64,000 bases of DNA, taken from contig NC_068989.1 in the NCBI RefSeq assembly GCF_001194135.2, positions 10,518,111-10,582,110 on the forward strand, in the 5' to 3' direction. This DNA is from Octopus bimaculoides. Taxonomy: Eukaryota. Shown piece by piece: positions 1-12,574 of this stretch. The notes under the pieces are model-generated. The model did no database searches. It was not told where the DNA came from and saw only the letters and a program-made list of their open reading frames with translations. Made by a program: the position numbers and the translations under genes. Each line of letters begins with the position of its first letter. The first letter of the stretch is position 1.

Positions 1-42
<42 letters not shown>

Positions 43-50
43 CACAGATT

Positions 51-297
51 CTACTGATGAACAGCAGAGGCCTCTTGCAAAACAACAGCAAGAGCAAAAT
101 GCATTCCTGGGAGAACTGTCTGCATGCAATCTAGCTATATGAATTGCACTCACAGAGACTCATCTGTCTGCAGACATACATGATGCAGAGATACACGTAT
201 CAATGTATACTGTGTTCCGCACAGACAGAAAAGAGAGAAGTCACAGTGGAGTTGCAATCCATGAAGATGTCACAGTATTGACACTGCTGTCGCATTC
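51..297 (+). mobile_element. Degenerate LINE APE-type endonuclease fragment (CR1/L2-like)
   Basis: LLMNSRGLL (motif I-like), then after a frameshift IALTETHLSADIHDAEIHVSMYTVFRTDRKERSHSGVAI, the classic TETW...Y..FR.DR....GGVAI pattern. Confidence 0.8.
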
Positions 298-463
298 GAA
301 TGCTCTGCAACTGGTATGCCACGGCACACTGGTGTGCCACAAGATGGTGCTAGGTGTTCTGCACTGTAACCTGAATATAATTTTTTTTCCCTAAACTTTT
401 AGTTATGTTTTTAGTTCAGGTGTGCCACTGAATTTTGAGCAGAATATGTGTTGCAGAGCACTG
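298..463. mobile_element. MITE, probably hAT-type
   Basis: Terminal inverted repeats GAATGCTCTGCAAC / GTTGCAGAGCACTG; no TSD found. Confidence 0.55.
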
Positions 464-1519
464 GTCTAAGGACTGCCTCATGCTTCAGTGTCTGCTCTGG
501 CATGGTTTCTACAGCTGGATACCCTTCCTTGTGCCAACCACTTCACAGTGTATGGAGTGCTTTTTTTAATTTCTTTTATTTCATGCCACTAGCACTACTG
601 AGGTTGCCATGCAACGTGCAAGACTACGAGCCTTGAGAGGGAAAGGGGAACTTTATGCTAGGAGAATAAGGAGTAAAGAGGGGTAAAGTATGGGGGGAGA
701 AAAGGGCTGGAGCAGAACAGGTTTCTTGTTGAAGAGGAGCCACAAGATAACTTGCGTTTTAGAAGAGAGGATGGTGGAGGAGAGCTAGAAATTGGTGATG
801 TAGTATAAGAAAGAACCTTCAAGGTACAGGGTGGGTAGGAATAAGTAGGGCAGGGGTGCCAGAAGTGAGGAGGAGGAGTAGTAGTAGTAGTTGTTGTTGA
901 TGTCTGGTGTGGGGGAAGCAGTATAGAGACAATGATACTGTAAACAGCTGATGTGCTATCAGGTAGATTGCAGGGGTGGATGAAGAAGAGAGAGAGAGAG
1001 AGAGAGAGGTGGGGGGCAGGCACAGTATATGAAAATGGTGGGATGTGTGGTGGTAGTGTTGAGGGGTAGGAGAGATATAATTTGGTGGAAAATCTTAAGA
1101 ATAGATATTAATAAACATTAAATATAACTGCATTTGTGTCTTCAATTTAACACATTTTAAAGAAAAGCTGTTCCTTATATTTCCAAATATATACTACTAA
1201 AATAACATTGTATGTATATTTGTCATATGTGACCTTGACCTTCAAATATGATAATGCTTTACATTTTTCATAGGGTGTGTGTTTGTGTGGTTCTTAGAAA
1301 CCAAATGGTATATTGTACTGTATTTTTGTGTCATTTTACTTTCCTTTTGCCTTCCACCTGATATGAAGGTAGCACATTTTTATTTTTACCACGAGTGGAG
1401 CATAGAGGTGAAGGTTCAAATCCAGTTAAAGTTATGCATTCTATATACTTGAAAGGGCTTTTTCCTTTAACCATCATATCCAGACATGCATTGATGTGTG
1501 TGCATATGTATCTATATAT

Positions 1520-1771
1520 CTCTCTCTATCACTCTCTCCTTCTATTTCTCTCTCTCTGTCTCTCCCCCTATTTCTCTCTCTCTCTCCCTCTATTTCTCTC
1601 TCTCTCTCCCTCTATTTCTCTCTCTCTCTCCCTCTATTTCTCTCTTTCTCCCTCTATTTCTCTCTCTCTCTCTCTCTCCCTCTATTTCTCTCTCTCTCCC
1701 TCTATTTCTCTCTCTCTCTCCCTCTATTTCTCTCTCTCTCTCTCCCTCTATTTCTCTCTCTCTTTCTCTCT
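1520..1771. repeat. Compound (CT)n minisatellite, unit about CTCCCTCTATTT(CT)n
   Basis: About ten tandem units of variable length; near-pure polypyrimidine strand. Confidence 0.9.
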
Positions 1772-2191
1772 CATCAATGTAATATCATTCATAGACAATT
1801 ATATTTGTTAATAATGCATTTAATTCAAAATCAAGCTCTTCAAAATTGTACATAAACTACAAGTATACTGGCAAAACGACAATAAAAAACTAGCTGTGAA
1901 GGTCCCCCCCCCCAGTACTTCATTCCAGTAGACTGGGTCTTTCAGCAAAGAAATGTTGTCTGATGATTTGTTTGGTGCCATGGAACAATTCTCAGGTTGC
2001 AAAGAGTCTCTATTGGCTCATAGAAATTATTCATGTTATGCCTTTCTATATGTATCAGAAGTTCTTGAGTTTTTATCATCCATATCAGTTTCTGAAGTTA
2101 CCAGTTTGGCAGCTAGAGAGTGATAGAGATTCTTACAGCTATCAAGATTCTTAAAGTTGTAGCAGTTGATTTCAATATTATGTAACAATGC

Positions 2192-2425
2192 AGCAGTGAG
2201 CGGGCAGAATTGTTAGCATGCTGGGTGAAAAGTTTAGTGAAAAGCTGGATGAAAAGCTTAGTGGTACTTTGTGTGTCTTTATGTTTTGAGTTCAAAAACC
2301 GCCGAGGTTGACTTTGCCTTTCACCCTTTCAGGGTCTATAAAACCAGTTGAATTCTGGGTTCGATGTAATTGACTTATCCCCTCCACTGAAATTGCTGGC
2401 CTTGTGCTAAAATTTTAAATCAATA
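2192..2425 (+). mobile_element. tRNA-derived SINE family B (GGCAGTGAGCTGGCAGAA head)
   Basis: A box TGGCAGAATYGTTAGC, B box GAGTTCAAA, body TTTCATCCTTTCGGGGTCGATAAA. Further copies near 8390-8585, 11040-11240, 18144-18350 (+) and 34250-34450 (-). Confidence 0.8.
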
Positions 2426-2961
2426 TTCTGTGATGATCCAGCTAACACTTATCTTCTCTCAGTGCATGGCTGATCAGAATGCCCTTCAGGTCTACTTGCT
2501 GGATCATTTGAATAAGTGAACACATGTAAAAAACAAAACAAAACACACAGGCACACACTGCCTCCCCCCCTCTCACTCACTCATGACAGGCTTCTGTATA
2601 AGTTCTGTCTATCAACTCCATTGACAAGGCATTGGTTGGCCTGGAGCTATAGTAGAAGATACGCAGTGGGAATGAACTCAGAACAAAGTGAACTTCTCAA
2701 CTATTCAACCATGCCGTGCACCTAACTACACAGCCATGCTTGTGCCCTCAAAGTATATTGTTTGTTCTCAAATACCTCAACTAATTAATTCTGTGGTTGT
2801 GATGATTCCAACAATAGCATCCAGTCAATCTTTCTGTATCATTTTTTGGTTTGCCTTTAATTTTTTTGATTCTTATCAATGATTGATGTATCCATTATTA
2901 ACAATGGTTAAAAAAAAAAGTATTATATACATATATATATATTTTTTCTTCTTTGTTTCAG

Positions 2962-3162
2962 ATTCCTGAATCCTGGAATAATCCAACAGGACAGTACTAT
3001 ATTGGAATTAAGAATGCTTATGATCTCTATCCTAAAACTCTTAAAGAGCGAATCAGCAAGGAACGTACAGATCGTCTTTGGAGTCCACCTCATCGGTTAG
3101 CTTTGGCCGAAGTGACCCGTAAACTGGAAGAGTTTGATACTTCACATCCATATCCTAACCCA
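2962..3162 (+). CDS. TPP2: TPP2 exon 1 of window (201 nt, phase 0-0)
   Basis: ttcag|ATTCCT...AACCCA|gtaag; [67 protein letters not shown]. Confidence 0.95.
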
Positions 3163-3627
3163 GTAAGAAATTTAGAAATTTACTTTAGAGTAAAACAACC
3201 TCCATTATTATTGTGCAGGTGACACGTAAAAGCACCTACTACACTCTCTGAGTGGTTGGCGTTAGGAAGGGCATCCAGCTGTAGAAACTCTGCCAAATTT
3301 AGATTGGAGCCTGGTGTTGCCATCCGGTTTCACCAGTCCTCAGTCAAGTCGTCCAACCCATGCTAGCATGGAAAGCGGACGTTAAACGATGATGATGATG
3401 ATGATGATGATTATGATGGCAGTGAGCTGGCAGAATTGTTAGCATGCTGAGCAAAATGCTTTGCGGTATTTCTTCCGTCTTCATGTTCTGAGTTCAAATT
3501 CTGCCAAGGTTGACTGTCTTTCATCCTTTCGGGGTCGATTAAATAAGTACCAGTTATGCACTGGGGTCAGTGTAATCGACTTAATCCCTTCCCCCAGATT
3601 TGAGGCCTTGTGCTTCTAGTAGAAAGG

Positions 3628-3701
<74 letters not shown>

Positions 3702-6700
3702 GGCAGCAAGCTGGCAGAGACGTTAGCATGCTGGGCAAAATGCTGAGCAGTATTTTGCTCATCGCTATGTTCTGAGTTCAAATTCTGCCAAGTTTGACTT
3801 TGCCTTTCATCCTTTTGGGGTCGATAAATTAAGTGCCAGTCAAGTACTGGGGTCAATGTGATCAGTTTTCCCTCTCCCCACAAAAATCCAGGCCTTGTGC
3901 CTTTAGTAGAAAGAATTATTATTATTGTTTTATTTCTCAGAGCACTCGGTCTTGTTTGCTCTGGTAGATTCTGAGAGAGCGGATAGCAGCCTGCTGTCAG
4001 AGGGTCTCTTCTGCACGTTTTAAGCTTTGATGCTTGGTTCATAATTATTTTGGGAGATATTCAATATCCAGGTACTAATATCAAAATCTCTATACATAGT
4101 CACTCAATCTGCTATAATCATGGTTTCCTTTTATCCTTTACCTACCACAACAATATCTGAGCATCAATTAGGGAGTCACATTGGATGATAAAATCCCACA
4201 ATATCTTATATTCCTTGTTCTCGGTGATTCCTTCTGTTTCATGTTCATACCATTTCCATGCTCTGTCCAGGCTGTACTTTTCACATAGCCTCCAGTGAAT
4301 GAACTTAGCCATTTTATTGTGCCATTATTATTATTATTAATATTGAGTGAGAGAGCAATGCATGCCATCAAAGTGACAGTGGGGTACAAATATATGAAGC
4401 CCAACATTCTCATCATGACCACCCATTTGACAAGAGTACACCAGGCACATGCATCACAACCATATGTGTGCGACATGATGATCTCATATCAAAATAAACA
4501 GCACGTCACCTTGCAGGTGGAGCACAGTTAGAATTTTCTTCAAGTTGAGTAGCCCATCCTGTTCAAATGGTCCCTGAATAAGGGTTGTTTAAGGATGATG
4601 AATAAAGTACCCATGTTTCCGTAGGAGAATTATTCAAACCCTGAAGAATTCCTCTCAACACTAGGCTATAATGCTCTCCCACTACTCCTGCTTGTGATCA
4701 GAGATGTACATATTGTCAGTCACTAAGGGACATGCTTGACTGATGAAGGTCAAGCAAATGATAAGCAAATCTGTGGTATTGAGCTGAATTTAAAATGTAA
4801 AGGCAGCGTTGTTATTGTCTTGTCTAGTGTTATCTATATTATTTTTGTACCAGAAAGCTAAGTGTTTGTGAGTATTCTAAATTGTGAAAATTGTTCTATT
4901 TTATCTTTAAAAATTTATTTTAGGATGAGTTAAATATCCGTGAAGACTTGACTAACCAGATTGAGATTTTAAACAATTTAGACAAAAAACACAATGACTG
5001 TGGTCCTGTTTTTGATTGTGTTGTATTCCATGATGGAGAGACGTGGAGGTAAATATATTTTATCACCAATTAATAAAAATCTTAATGTTGATGATAATAG
5101 TAACTTGTGTTAATCATTGCACCAAAGGAAATATTTCTGGGAGGATTTCTTTTATTAGAAATTATAGGAGGGCAAGTGGAATTGGTACTGTGTCATTTTC
5201 GTCTGCTTAATCCTGTAAAACCAAAGTTAAGGTTTTGGTCCTCAAAAGTTTCTTGTTTTTATTGTTTTACATTTATTTTAATGGGTGGGTGAGTTTTCAA
5301 AATTAGGGTAATTGCATATCATTGGATGAAATATGTTTTTGAAATTGGGTGTTTTTATTATTGCTAATCATTGGAATGGATAGAAACCTGTTGGTAGTTT
5401 GGCAATTAAAGTAAGGTACTTACATTACCAAGAATCACAACACAATAGCTTTAGTAAATACAGTTCAATATTTAAGAGATGAGGAATTATGTACATTATG
5501 TACATTATTTACATTTGATGGATATTTGTTCTCACCTTGTTTGTTGTTAACACAACGTTTCGGCTGATATTCCCTCCAGCCTTCATCTTAAGGTGTCTTA
5601 ACCACTATGCCATATGCCCACGGGCGGGTGTATAGCATAGTGGTTAAGAGTGTGGGCTACTAACCCCAAGATTCTGAGTTCAATTCCAGGCAGTGACCTG
5701 AATAATAATAATATTGAAAAATACCTTAGGAATGAGAACCCAGGTTCGAAATTTCCCCAAGACACCTGATGAAGGCTGGAGGGTATATCAGCCGAAACGT
5801 TGTGTTAACAACAAACAAGATGAGGACAAATATCCGTTAAATGTAAATAATGTAAATAAGCTTTAGTAAAGTTTGATCTTATGATAGTATGGTTGTTAGG
5901 TTGACATCTTAATCTCATATGTTGTGACTGATGTAGCTATAGTGTGTTCAGTTATTGTAAGCTTACATAATGCACAGTGAGCATAGTATTGTGTGCTTAC
6001 ATTTACCGAACTAGCCAACACATTCTAATAATCGTCATTAAACATGTTAACTACCATGGCCTATTACTGGAACTTAATGGTGATGTCACGTATTTTATAC
6101 AGTCACACTACATACATTTTAATTACAAGGAAATTTGTTTTGCATTTTTACAATATTTCATAATTGAATTTTGATATTTCACATTCATGGTATTTGAATA
6201 TCCTCAAAATCCAGTCTAAGATACAGAATAAGATATTTTCTCAAATTATGAAAATGTTCCTCTGGTAGTGCATATTGCAGTTGTGTGAGGTTTGCAATGA
6301 ACCACCAACGGTACATGTGGCAGTTAACATGTTATGTCCATGCTTACATGGATTAGATGGAATTTGTATGTGTGTTTCTGCATACTTTTATCTTGACATC
6401 ATGTGATGGTTGTATACGGGTATCACCATCTTACAAGTGATATCGTTCATTTCTAGTCTTCCAAAGAAAACCTGTCTTGTTATGGGGAAATATTACCTTG
6501 CTTGGAAACCAGGAAAGGCATCTAACAACAGGCAATCTGCCTCAATAAACTCCAGCTGACACCTGCAAGCATTGAAAAAGAGACATTAAAACAATAAAGT
6601 TGAAGCAATTGCATTTCTCTTAAACGAGATGGTGATGGAGGATGTCTTGTGGTTAACCATTTGTAGTGTTCCCTGAACCTTTTCTTGCCAAGATGTAGCA

Positions 6701-7789
6701 TGGCTTTTGTTTCAGTTTAAAATATATTCTCTTCAATTTCAGGGCCTGTGTCGATACAAGTGAGAAAGGCCAACTCGATCAGTGTGAGCTGTTGGCAAGT
6801 TACCGAGAAGAACGGAAATTTGCTCGATTAAGTTACGCAGGTAGATTGTCCCCTTCTTGTAATTTCTTTTCCATAACAACTACGACTGACTCTTTACATG
6901 TTAATTTATTTTTCTGTTCTTTTTTTTTTGTGTTTATTCATTTTCTTACAGCTTTATGAGAAAGGGAGTTTTTCTGTATTGAAGATTATAGGAATAAGAA
7001 CATAATTAAGAAACATATTGGATTGTTAATATTTAAAGTTTCTTGAAATGTCTTAATACATATGATGTAATAATGGTTAAGATGTAAAAGACCTCATCAT
7101 CATTTAACATCCACTTGTCTATGTTCGCATGGGTTAGGTGGAATTTATTGAGACAGGTATTTTGGGATACAGCCAGTTGACATCTCAGGAGTTTAACATC
7201 TCATGTCTATCAATAAGATGTCAAAATGTCATGTTTATTGCAGAAAATATATTTCCAATATTGTCACGAGGCCAGTAATTTCAGGAGATACTGTTTTTCA
7301 TTTTATAACTGATACATTTTATATGTAAGTAGCTGTTAGACTTTTCAAAATACAACTGTTCTTTTTAATCCAGATATGCTCAACTTTTCTGTGAACATTC
7401 ACAACAATGGTACTCTTTTGGAGATTGTAACAAATGCTGGTAAGTTATCCTGTTCTTTAATCACTAGCCTTTGCACCTTCTTGTCTGTCTGTCTGTCTCT
7501 CTCTCTGCACTTTCCTTCTCTCATTTGCAAATTAACTTTCTTATCTCTGCCTATTTATCTCTCACTTTGGATTTTTTATATCTCTATACCGCACACTATT
7601 CTCTGATCCTTCTCATATAAGCATAATATTTTAGTAAATGGCTGTGTGGTTAAGAAGCCCATTTTGCAACCACATGGTTTTGGGTTCAGTCTTACTGCAT
7701 GCCACCTTGGGCAAGTATTTTCTACTGTACCCCTGCACTGACCAAAGCCTTGGTTATTTGGTATACAGAAACTGTGTGAAAGTCTCTGC

Positions 7790-7830
<41 letters not shown>

Positions 7831-10800
7831 AAATATGTATGTCTGTGTTATGTTTGCACCCCTCCAAATGGTGTTGGTTTGTTTACATCCCTGTAAGGTA
7901 TTGGGTCAGTAAAAGAGACTGATAGAAGAACCAAACTTAAAAAAGCTCTGAAGTCAATTTGTTTTGACATCCCTTCGAGTTGGTGCCCCAGCATGGCCAT
8001 AGTCCAGTGACTGAAAGGAGTAAAGGCTAAAAGATATTAGCACGCAATGTCTCTGTACACCACCCCTCTTCCCTGCTTGAACAAACTGTAACCTGTTACA
8101 TTTTTTTTTTTTTTTTGTGTGTGTGTCTTAGGCTCTCATGGAACACATGTGGGATGCATAGCTGCTGGATATTTTCCTGAGACTCCAGAAAGAAATGGTG
8201 TGGCACCCGGAGCTCAGATAATCTCAATAAAAATTGGAGACACTCGCCTGAAATCCATGGAGACTGGTTCTGCATTAGTTCGAGCAGTAAGTGGAGAAAC
8301 TGATATTTTAAAAGTGATTTCTTTGTTTGCCGTTGTTTATTTCTTTACTATGGGAAATGAAATTAAAAGGGGTTTTATATATATATATGTTAGCATGCCG
8401 CGCAAAATTCTTAGTGGTATTTCATCTGCTGCTACGTTCTGAATTCAAATTCTGCCCAGGTCGACTGTGTTTTTTATTCTTTCAGGATCAATAAAGTAAG
8501 TACCAGTTGAGTACTGGGGTCAATGTAATCGACTATCCACCTCCTCCTGCCCAATTTTAGGCCTTGTGCCTATAGTAGAAAGGATTATTATTATTATTAT
8601 TATTATTATTATGATGATGATGATGAAAATTCCTTCATTCGGCTGCATGGAATGGTCTAACTTGATGTTCTTTTATTTTTCTCTGTTGTAGATGGTCAAA
8701 GTCATAGAATATAAATGTGATTTAGTGAATTACAGCTATGGTGAGGCTGCTCATTGGGTAAATGGTGGGTAAGTTGATTCTTTTTTTTTTCATACGTTTG
8801 TTTGGTGTGTAGGAAAGGTCCTGCCCCATGGCATTTGCAAGACTCTGAGACCAGTGAAATTGGTGTTGTTAAAATGTTACAAGTCAATGGCTGCAGGAAA
8901 ACATTCTAGCTTTAAGCAAGGATCCAACTTGTAGCTGTTAAGATCTCGAAGAGAAGGACGTGGGGTGAGGGTTCTCTTGCAAGTTCCTTGGTGATCCCAC
9001 TGGTGCCATTGCCAAGTGAAAATCATTCAGTACACTCTGTAAAGTGGTTGGCATTAGGGTTTCACAGTCTTGTAGGCCACCAGCCCCTGTTGAACTATTC
9101 AACCTATGCAAGCATGGAGAACACATGTTAAATGATGATGATCATGATTATGAAAGTGAAACCCAAATATTGTTGGTTTCACATATTGTTGGTTTGATCA
9201 TCACTCTGTAGCTTTTAAATAGCTCCAATTCTAAGAACAGTAAAATGTATACACAATGTATAACACATAGACATCAAGAAATTACAAACCTGCCATACAC
9301 ATTCAGATATATGCATAACAAAAGTGTGAGACCCTAAAGAAATGAAAACTTCTATTGCCAGGTGGAGCAGACAGAAACTTTAACCCTTTCCATACCAACA
9401 GGGCTGAAACCACCTCTGACTCTGTAGTACAAATGTCTTGTTTTCATAAGTCTTGAATTAAAATCTTCCACCAAACGTTAGTCACAATTTATGTTCCTAA
9501 CACTAGCTTATGACAACTGAGTTAGTTTATTAAATTCTTTGTTATATTTAAAATTGAAAGAAATACAGCATCTCAAAATAAATACGGTAACGAAATGATT
9601 AAGAGAAGAGCAAAGATGTCCATAGCAATCAGTACTGGAAGTAGAGTGGATGAAGTTTATAATAATGTTAAGGATGATGAATAACGAAGATTTCCTACAT
9701 TGGTGAGTTATTAAACTGATCAGTAACTGACCATTACACATTTGACTGGCAACCCTATTTTTGACTTCTTCTAATTTTTCTCCATCTGGAGGTCAAATCC
9801 AAACTAGATCCCAACTGTTCCTCAGCCAGTGACAGAAACTACCAACCCACATGGAATTGCTTCATGTAACAAATTGCAAGCCCTTTGACTTGTTCTTGTT
9901 AATGCATGCTCTCATTACCTAATTCAGCATGGTGCCAAGTACCTCCATTTCCAGTGTATTTGACACCATTACAGTGGTGCCGTCTGCATATACAGACTCA
10001 ACTCTGCTTCCCAGTTTGGGTGGGACATCTTCAGCATCTCCATCATCTGCAGTAATGATTTTGGTACCAAAGCATTGAAAGGAAAAAAAAAAAAAAGAAA
10101 ACCTAGATGATGTCATAAGACTTGATGATAGACGAGGTAATATCATGAGAAATATGGCTGGTAATTTAATAATTGTTAAGGGATGAAATGCAAAATTGAT
10201 CCTATGAGGTTTAAACTCAAGACGAAGATTTGGTAAAATTATATACTGAACTCATTTAGCCTTATCGTCATCATTTGGTTGAGCTTAATTAGACGTTTTT
10301 AACCCACACATGCCATACATCTCGATCCTGCATTAGTTGAGGGAGGTCTTCGGGGAAGCATCCAGTGTCTGTGATTGGTTGATCTACAACCACTTTAGCC
10401 CTATGCTCCACTTTTTCTGCTACACCATAAGATTGAGAAAAACCGATTTTGATTTGATATTCAACTGAACTCCCCAAATGATATCCAAAGAACATAGAAA
10501 GAGAGAAGTTTAAATTCAAACATATCTTAACCCTTATAAGATATTTGGGCTAATCTATCAGACTATTCTTTTCGTATTAGAATGAAGGAAGGGCAGATCT
10601 GTTAAAGGAAAATATACACAGTTTCTTTGTCTAACTGTGATTTGGATTATCATCATCATTTAACGTCTGCTTTCCATGCTGTCATGGGTCGGACGGTTTG
10701 ACTGAGGACTGGCAAGCTGGGAGGCTGCACCAGGCTCCAATCTGATCTTGCAAGATTTCTACAGCTGGCTGCCCTTCCTAATGCCAACCACTCTGAGAGT

Positions 10801-11784
10801 GTAGTGGGTGCTTTTTACGTGTCACCGGCACGGGGGCCAGTCAGGCAGCATTGGCATCGACCATGCTCGAATGGTGCTTTTTATGTGCCACTAGCACGGG
10901 AGCCAGTCAGGCGGCACTGGCTACAGAATTTTAAACGATACTCTTGTTCTTTTTGGTATCATGTAGAAATAGTCCAATATCATTTAACTTAGAAGCATCT
11001 GTGGTGGTTTGTCTCTGAAGGGTTAAACATATTTTATGACATTATTAGTGCACTGGACAAAATGCTTCGTGGTGTTTCTTTTGGCTCTTTATGTTCTGAG
11101 TTCAAATCCTGCTGAGGTCAACTTTGTCCTTCATTCTCTCAGGGTCAATAAAATAAGTACTAATCAAGCACTGGGGTTGGTGGTATTGACTAATCCCTCT
11201 CCATCCAAAACTTCTGGTCTTGTGCCAAACTTTGAAATTGTCATCTTAAATTTATGTAAAAATGCTTAAATCTATTCAAATTCTTTGTAGGCGTGTCTGT
11301 GATATATTAAGTGAAGTAGTCAACAAACATGGGGTGATTTTTGTGTCCAGTGCTGGCAATAATGGACCTGCGTTGTCTACAGTTGGTGTCCCTGGTGGCA
11401 CAACTACTTCTATGATCGGTAAGTACTTTTATAGGATTTTTCAATTTCATTTTTTTTTTTAAATTGGTTTGCAAACAGAGACATCAGAGAGTCAGGAGGA
11501 CACTTTGGTCTTACCTTGTTAAGGATGTGACAATCTCTTTAATACTGGTGCCAGGATAAAATACACAATGTACACTCTGTAAAATGGTTGCTGTTTGGAA
11601 GAGCATCCACCTGTAGAAGCTATGTCAAAATTAAACATGAGCAAGGTGTGGATTTCTATACAACCATGTGATTTTCAGTTCAGTCTCATTGCATGGCTCC
11701 TTGGGCAAAAGTTCTCTACTTATAGCTCCAGGCCAACCAATGCCATGTAAGTGGATTTGGTAAATGAAAACTGAAAGAAGCCTG

Positions 11785-11849
<65 letters not shown>

Positions 11850-11983
11850 CAGTAGAACCTCAGTTTCCAAATGCCTCGGATCCCGAATAAATTGTGCTTA
11901 TATGTATCTATATCTATCTATTGATATAAAGTACGATTTATTCATGATCAGAGATGTTTGGAAACCGAAGTACTACTGTATAT

Positions 11984-12024
<41 letters not shown>

Positions 12025-12526
12025 TGTTGTGTTACTGTCTCCTTGCCTTGACATGACATGATAGTTGTAAACGAGTGTCACCATAATGCAGGTGGTCTCC
12101 TTCGTTTCCAATATTCTATAATATTCTGGTCATGGAAAACAGATATCGAATTCAGGGCCAGCCTTTAGTACTTTTCTCTGACATGAAAATAAAGATGTTG
12201 TACAATATTCGTAGCTGTACTGTTGCAGAAAAGCATTATTGATAAATCCTGCCTTTCATTTCTGTCCATAGTTAAAATTGTCTACTTCTTGATGTCAAGA
12301 TAAAAATTATAGATAACTACAGAAGAGGTAATAATTACAAAGTGTATTGTTTATCAATGATGTCCTCTCCTAAGACTGCCAATCTGGACTGTGCATCACT
12401 TCAAGAATCAACTATTCTAGAAAATTACAATTTCAAAATGAATTATGTATTATTTCGTGGTGCTGGAGAAACTTCCATCGGTCTTATAGTTTTCAAAATA
12501 ACTGTTGAATACCTTTTGGTATTGCT

Positions 12527-12574
<48 letters not shown>

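Noticed and set aside
54-60. Other CTGATGA motifs (54, ~4740, ~46270, ~52620, ~54953)
   Set aside because: None has a stem II plus GAAA and a pairing stem I; not hammerheads
658-1023. 121-aa minus-strand ORF
   Set aside because: Pro/Ser/Thr low-complexity translation of a G-rich repeat-like tract; no recognisable domain
1395-1855. Leu/Ser-rich ORFs
   Set aside because: Translations of the (CT)n minisatellite
1940-2125. Stop-free stretch (…EMLSDDLFGAMEQFSGCKESLL…) as a possible upstream TPP2 exon
   Set aside because: No similarity to the expected N-terminal TPP2 sequence (the D-T/S-G catalytic Asp region) and no convincing splice sites
5624-5700. Functional tRNA gene (also 17378-17451, 25045-25115)
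   Set aside because: Acceptor and anticodon stems are imperfect and each runs into repeat body; SINE-type heads
9919-10046. Possible antisense nested-gene exon (ctgcag acceptor, gtaatg donor)
   Set aside because: No partner exons found, and the YADG motif is better explained as an RT remnant
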